IMG/VR virus record: IMGVR_UViG_3300017785_003577
Coordinates: 1-38,287 of that record
DNA length: 38,287 bases
Source: a virus
Lineage: Duplodnaviria; Caudoviricetes
Strand: one strand, 5' to 3'
Below the pieces are notes generated by a model. It searched no databases. It saw only the letters and a list, made by a program, of their open reading frames with translations, and was not told the origin of the DNA. Each line of letters starts with the position of its first letter. Position 1 is the stretch's first letter. Shown here piece after piece: positions 35,701 through 38,287 of the stretch. Made by a program: the position numbers and the translations under genes.

Positions 35701-38287
35701 GACTAGCATCAACACCAATAGTCACATTGGCTTGGTCAAATGCCGCATTGGCTTTAATGAAAGCTCCGTTGGCATGGAAGTATGCAGCTACAGACCGAAC
35801 ATCAGCAGTATTGGCCACATTGTAAGCACTTTGCATCTTACCATCTGTTGCTGCAATGTTGGTGTTCTGTGTAACATCCACACCTTCAATAATGGTCATA
35901 CGGGTATTACTAAAATCTAATCTAGAATTTACATCTAAACCACCAACTCTTGCTGTAGTAGCAATTAAGTTACCCTTGAACCAGTTGCCGTGTATGTTTG
36001 CTTTGGCAAACGATGCAGCGTTAACATTGATTACGTTGCCTGAGGCCTCTGGTGTATAACCTTGGAATGCATAGAATTCTTTTGTTACTGCATCTCGAAT
36101 CATACCAGCATGAGCATTCGTGCCATCATTATAGTGACCAACATAACCAATTGTTAAAGCATCTGTATAGTAATTTCCTATACCAAGTTGAATTAAAGTA
36201 TCTTCTACTTCAATCGAGGTTACATTAAGTGATATGGTGTTGCCAAGAACAACTAAGTTACCTGTTACTGTAACATCATTACCAAATACAACATTGCCTG
36301 TTACTGTTTGACTTGCTGCACCACTTAATGCTAATCGATTTGATATACTGGTGTTCTGTGTTACATCGACACCTTCAATGATTGTCATGCGAGCATTTTG
36401 GCCTGCATCGACACCATCAATAATATTCATCCGTGTATTACTGAAATCCAACCGAACATTCTGGCTTAAATCTACACCTTCAGATACAGTAAGTCTGGTG
36501 TTTTGTGTTACATCAACACCTTGTATGATTGTTATTGCTGTATTACTAAAGTCTATCCTTACGTTTTGACTTGCATTGGTACCTTCTATTACAGTAAGTC
36601 TTGTGTTTTGTGTAGTATCGGTACCTTGAATTATGGTGATGGCTGCGTTACTATAATCTATTCGAACATTTTGGCTATTGTCCACACCTTGAGCAATGGT
36701 GAGAGCCGTATTACTATAATCTAACCTAGAGTTTTGGCTAGCATCTACACCATCCGCAATGGTCATTCTAGCATTTTGGCCAGCGTCAACACCTTGAATA
36801 ATGGTGATGGCTGTATTACTGTAATCTAAACGAACATTCTGACTAGCATCTACACCATCCGCAATGGTCATTCTAGCATTTTGGCTAGTATCAGTACCTT
36901 CAATAATGATCATTCTAGAATTCTGACCTGCATCAACACCATCAATAATATTCATTCGTGTATTACTGAAATCCAACCTTACATTTTGACTGGCATTAAC
37001 GCCGTCACTAATGTCCATACGAGTGTTACTGAAGTTTAGCCTTACGTTCTGGCTCGCATCTGTACCTTCGATAATGGCCATTCTAGCATTTTGGCCAGCG
37101 TCAACACCTTGAATAATGGTGATGGCTGTATTACTATAATCCAACCGAACGTTTTGGCTTGCATTTACACCATCACTAATCGTCATGCGAGCATTTTGGC
37201 TTACATCTACACCATCAATAATGTTCATACGGGTATTACTAAAATCTAACCGAACGTTTTGGCTTAAATTGGTACCTTCAATTACGGTTAATCTGGTGTT
37301 TTGAGTATTGTCAACACCTTGTAGATAACTTAATACTTCTACACCGCCATCATATATGGCATCAGCGTATACATTACCTGATACACCAACACCACCTAAT
37401 ACTGTCAAAGCACCAGTAGTGGTTGAAGTGGATGTTTTTGTATTCTGTATTGCTACTGTTGTTGCTGGATTAAATGTTACGTTACCATTGGCACCAGCAG
37501 TTGATGGTCCAATATTAATTTGAGTGTTTGATCCTGAACCTGCTGATGTACCTAAATTGACAACTTTAGTTGAGCCGGCTGCCGTAGTTCCGTTTGCTAT
37601 ATTAGCAGTTTGGTTTACTGAACTGTAACCAAAAGTAATGTTACCTGTTTGAGTTGCACCACCAATGAATATATTACCTGTAGTAACTGATGTACCAAGT
37701 TGTACTGTTGATGTTGTGCCTGCCGTTAATGCTAATGTACTTGAAGCAGTAAATGTTCCACCTACAGAAGTTGTTGATAATGATGTTGAACCACCAACAA
37801 CTAATGCGCCTTGAATTGTTGATGAACCATCTACATATGCAGAACTTTGTACTGCTAAATTTCCTTGAATTCGTGCATTATTATTAACAGTTAAAACATC
37901 TGTTGTTATGGCAATTGAATTTGTATCTGTGTTGTATTGATAAACTGTGTCATTGGTTGAGCCAACAAGGTAGACACGATTATTAGCACTAGAATCAATA
38001 AACAAACCTGTAGGGGTTGTTTCTTGAAAACCAATATAAAACGAATTTTCAAATACTGCGGTTGAAACATTAAATGCAGTTCCAAGAGCATATTGAGTAA
38101 TATCGTCACCAGTTGAACCAGTAATCCACATCTTTGTGCCATCAGCACTTAGGTTTACTTGGGCTGGAACTGTTTCTTGAGATGCAACACTAAACGAAAT
38201 ACTTGCGTAAGAAGCAGTTGAAACATCCCAAGCCGTTCCTAAAGTGTATTGAAATACTGTATCGTTTGTTGAGCCAACCACATACAT
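32762..38287 (-). CDS. Giant modular tail fibre (at least 1841 aa; probably 5'-truncated by the window edge)
   Basis: Begins mid-repeat in beta-propeller blades (DGTKMW, QYTLGTAWDVSTA); two coiled-coil repeat blocks; four SAVN modules; four TTGALxVxGG repeats; charged C-terminal KSFNIPHP...YGSLEGPE.GVYVRG...ELPDYW domain. Confidence 0.87.
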   Translation of the reverse strand: MYVVGSTNDTVFQYTLGTAWDVSTASYASISFSVASQETVPAQVNLSADGTKMWITGSTGDDITQYALGTAFNVSTAVFENSFYIGFQETTPTGLFIDSSANNRVYLVGSTNDTVYQYNTDTNSIAITTDVLTVNNNARIQGNLAVQSSAYVDGSSTIQGALVVGGSTSLSTTSVGGTFTASSTLALTAGTTSTVQLGTSVTTGNIFIGGATQTGNITFGYSSVNQTANIANGTTAAGSTKVVNLGTSAGSGSNTQINIGPSTAGANGNVTFNPATTVAIQNTKTSTSTTTGALTVLGGVGVSGNVYADAIYDGGVEVLSYLQGVDNTQNTRLTVIEGTNLSQNVRLDFSNTRMNIIDGVDVSQNARMTISDGVNASQNVRLDYSNTAITIIQGVDAGQNARMAIIEGTDASQNVRLNFSNTRMDISDGVNASQNVRLDFSNTRMNIIDGVDAGQNSRMIIIEGTDTSQNARMTIADGVDASQNVRLDYSNTAITIIQGVDAGQNARMTIADGVDASQNSRLDYSNTALTIAQGVDNSQNVRIDYSNAAITIIQGTDTTQNTRLTVIEGTNASQNVRIDFSNTAITIIQGVDVTQNTRLTVSEGVDLSQNVRLDFSNTRMNIIDGVDAGQNARMTIIEGVDVTQNTSISNRLALSGAASQTVTGNVVFGNDVTVTGNLVVLGNTISLNVTSIEVEDTLIQLGIGNYYTDALTIGYVGHYNDGTNAHAGMIRDAVTKEFYAFQGYTPEASGNVINVNAASFAKANIHGNWFKGNLIATTARVGGLDVNSRLDFSNTRMTIIEGVDVTQNTNIAATDGKMQSAYNVANTADVRSVAAYFHANGAFIKANAAFDQANVTIGVDASQNSRMTIIEGTDLSQNVRLDYSNTALTIAQGVDNSQNVRIDYSNAAITIIQGVDTSQNARMVIIEGTDTSQNARMTIADGVNASQNVRLDYSNTAITIIQGTDTSQNVRIDYSNTAITIIQGVDTTQNSRMTIIEGTDVSQNARMVIIEGTDVSQNARMTISDGVNASQNVRLDYSNTALTIAQGVDDSQNVRLNYSNTVINQIQSAWTPNTVIVANSAGFLSNSVMRFDASNSQLHSMANLSIGTSVASAPLTLSKSFLLPTAAEQFGQLNSVAYNVADTSLKQGLRLNTVAQHTSGNITNLMSMLNLCTAGGVGGTTDSQYGFWARNDVSAGAFSTNSYNYFSNNSGGLAGPSNQYGFYTANLTKGLLSNYGFYGAVNTGNNAFNLYMAGTAPNYLAGSLTVANNVPSTSNTTGTLIVTGGIGVSGNVYSTGGSITINNGFATTGNSGTIFLGDSSFNKTFGSGFTFNSSINAQQFVANPGSNSAAAFTFSGVGNLGIYAPLTGVLGITANSANALFVSAPASSVNYLNVSGAITSNYPTIQAIGPDSSVGIVYNSKNAGIHYFQGAGGTQFTVLPVFNGSASVNYVQASGNSAGNPPTLTSAGSDTNIDFNIISKGTGVVNLNTGSGTQVRIIDSGGTAVNRIHLQGQATGFLPVIASRGSDTNLGMSYSTQGTGGHDFYTATTSFTQQFKIAHTASAVNLLQVTGNTTGGSPILSGQGSDTNVGININPKGAGSVNVTSTTSSTSNTTGALVVTGGLGLSGNLTMSIVPNVGRLTLSPTHFIYNDSAGIVFTGTNYYYFNNTGGVYNQTALIQRGPIYNDTGNTTVLFAGTSQVKIQNGTASSNTTTGALVVQGGVGISGALNATTKSFNIPHPTKEGKDLRYGSLEGPEFGVYVRGTLKGSNIIELPDYWTKLVDANTITVSLTSIGKYQKLSVKEVKDNTIIISSDGWFKKEIHCYYVVYGERADVDKLDVEG
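35095..35910 (-). repeat. Coiled-coil repeat block 2 (42/63-bp units)
   Basis: SQNARMTIIEGTD (14 aa) and SQNVRLDYSNTAITIIQGVD (21 aa) units. Confidence 0.9.
36350..37325 (-). repeat. Coiled-coil repeat block 1 (42/63-bp units)
   Basis: Same 14- and 21-aa units in irregular order. Confidence 0.9.

Noticed and set aside
207-36724. Numerous plus-strand ORFs of 60-222 aa (e.g. 34997..35665, 25240..25626, 14862..15191)
   Set aside because: All are antisense shadows of long minus-strand genes, with no SD or recognisable motifs; open frames are explained by codon bias and repeats.
2580-38148. Short alternative-frame minus-strand ORFs (2580..2780, 3966..4172, 7476..7691, 12515..12718, 21892..22122, 37906..38148)
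   Set aside because: Nested in established genes with no independent translation signals or motifs.
1-38287. tRNA, rRNA or structured ncRNA genes
   Set aside because: Intergenic gaps are all under about 75 bp and hold only promoters, SDs and one terminator; no cloverleaf seen.

Overview
About 38 kb of an AT-rich T4-like myophage genome (probably an uncultured aquatic T4-superfamily phage); every credible gene is on the minus strand. In transcription order (right to left): (1) ~24 kb of adsorption-apparatus genes: two large modular fibres, five LamG/ConA-like lectin proteins, a 955-aa virion protein, a fibre chaperone and a 14-blade RCC1-repeat protein. (2) A five-gene modification cassette: TPR plus GT9-like glycosyltransferase, sulfotransferase, two SAM methyltransferases and an APS-kinase/HIGH-nucleotidyltransferase fusion. 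(3) The conserved T4 morphogenesis core gp13-14-15-16-17-18-19-20, then gp67-like core genes. T4-type late promoter motifs (NATAAATA) sit in most intergenic gaps, including within the modification cassette. The most notable candidates are a late-expressed, self-contained PAPS-synthesis/sulfation/glycosylation/methylation pathway that may decorate the virion, and a duplicated three-gene fibre/lectin cassette with conserved terminal peptides and swappable payload domains. All calls come from motif recognition by eye; no database searches were run.
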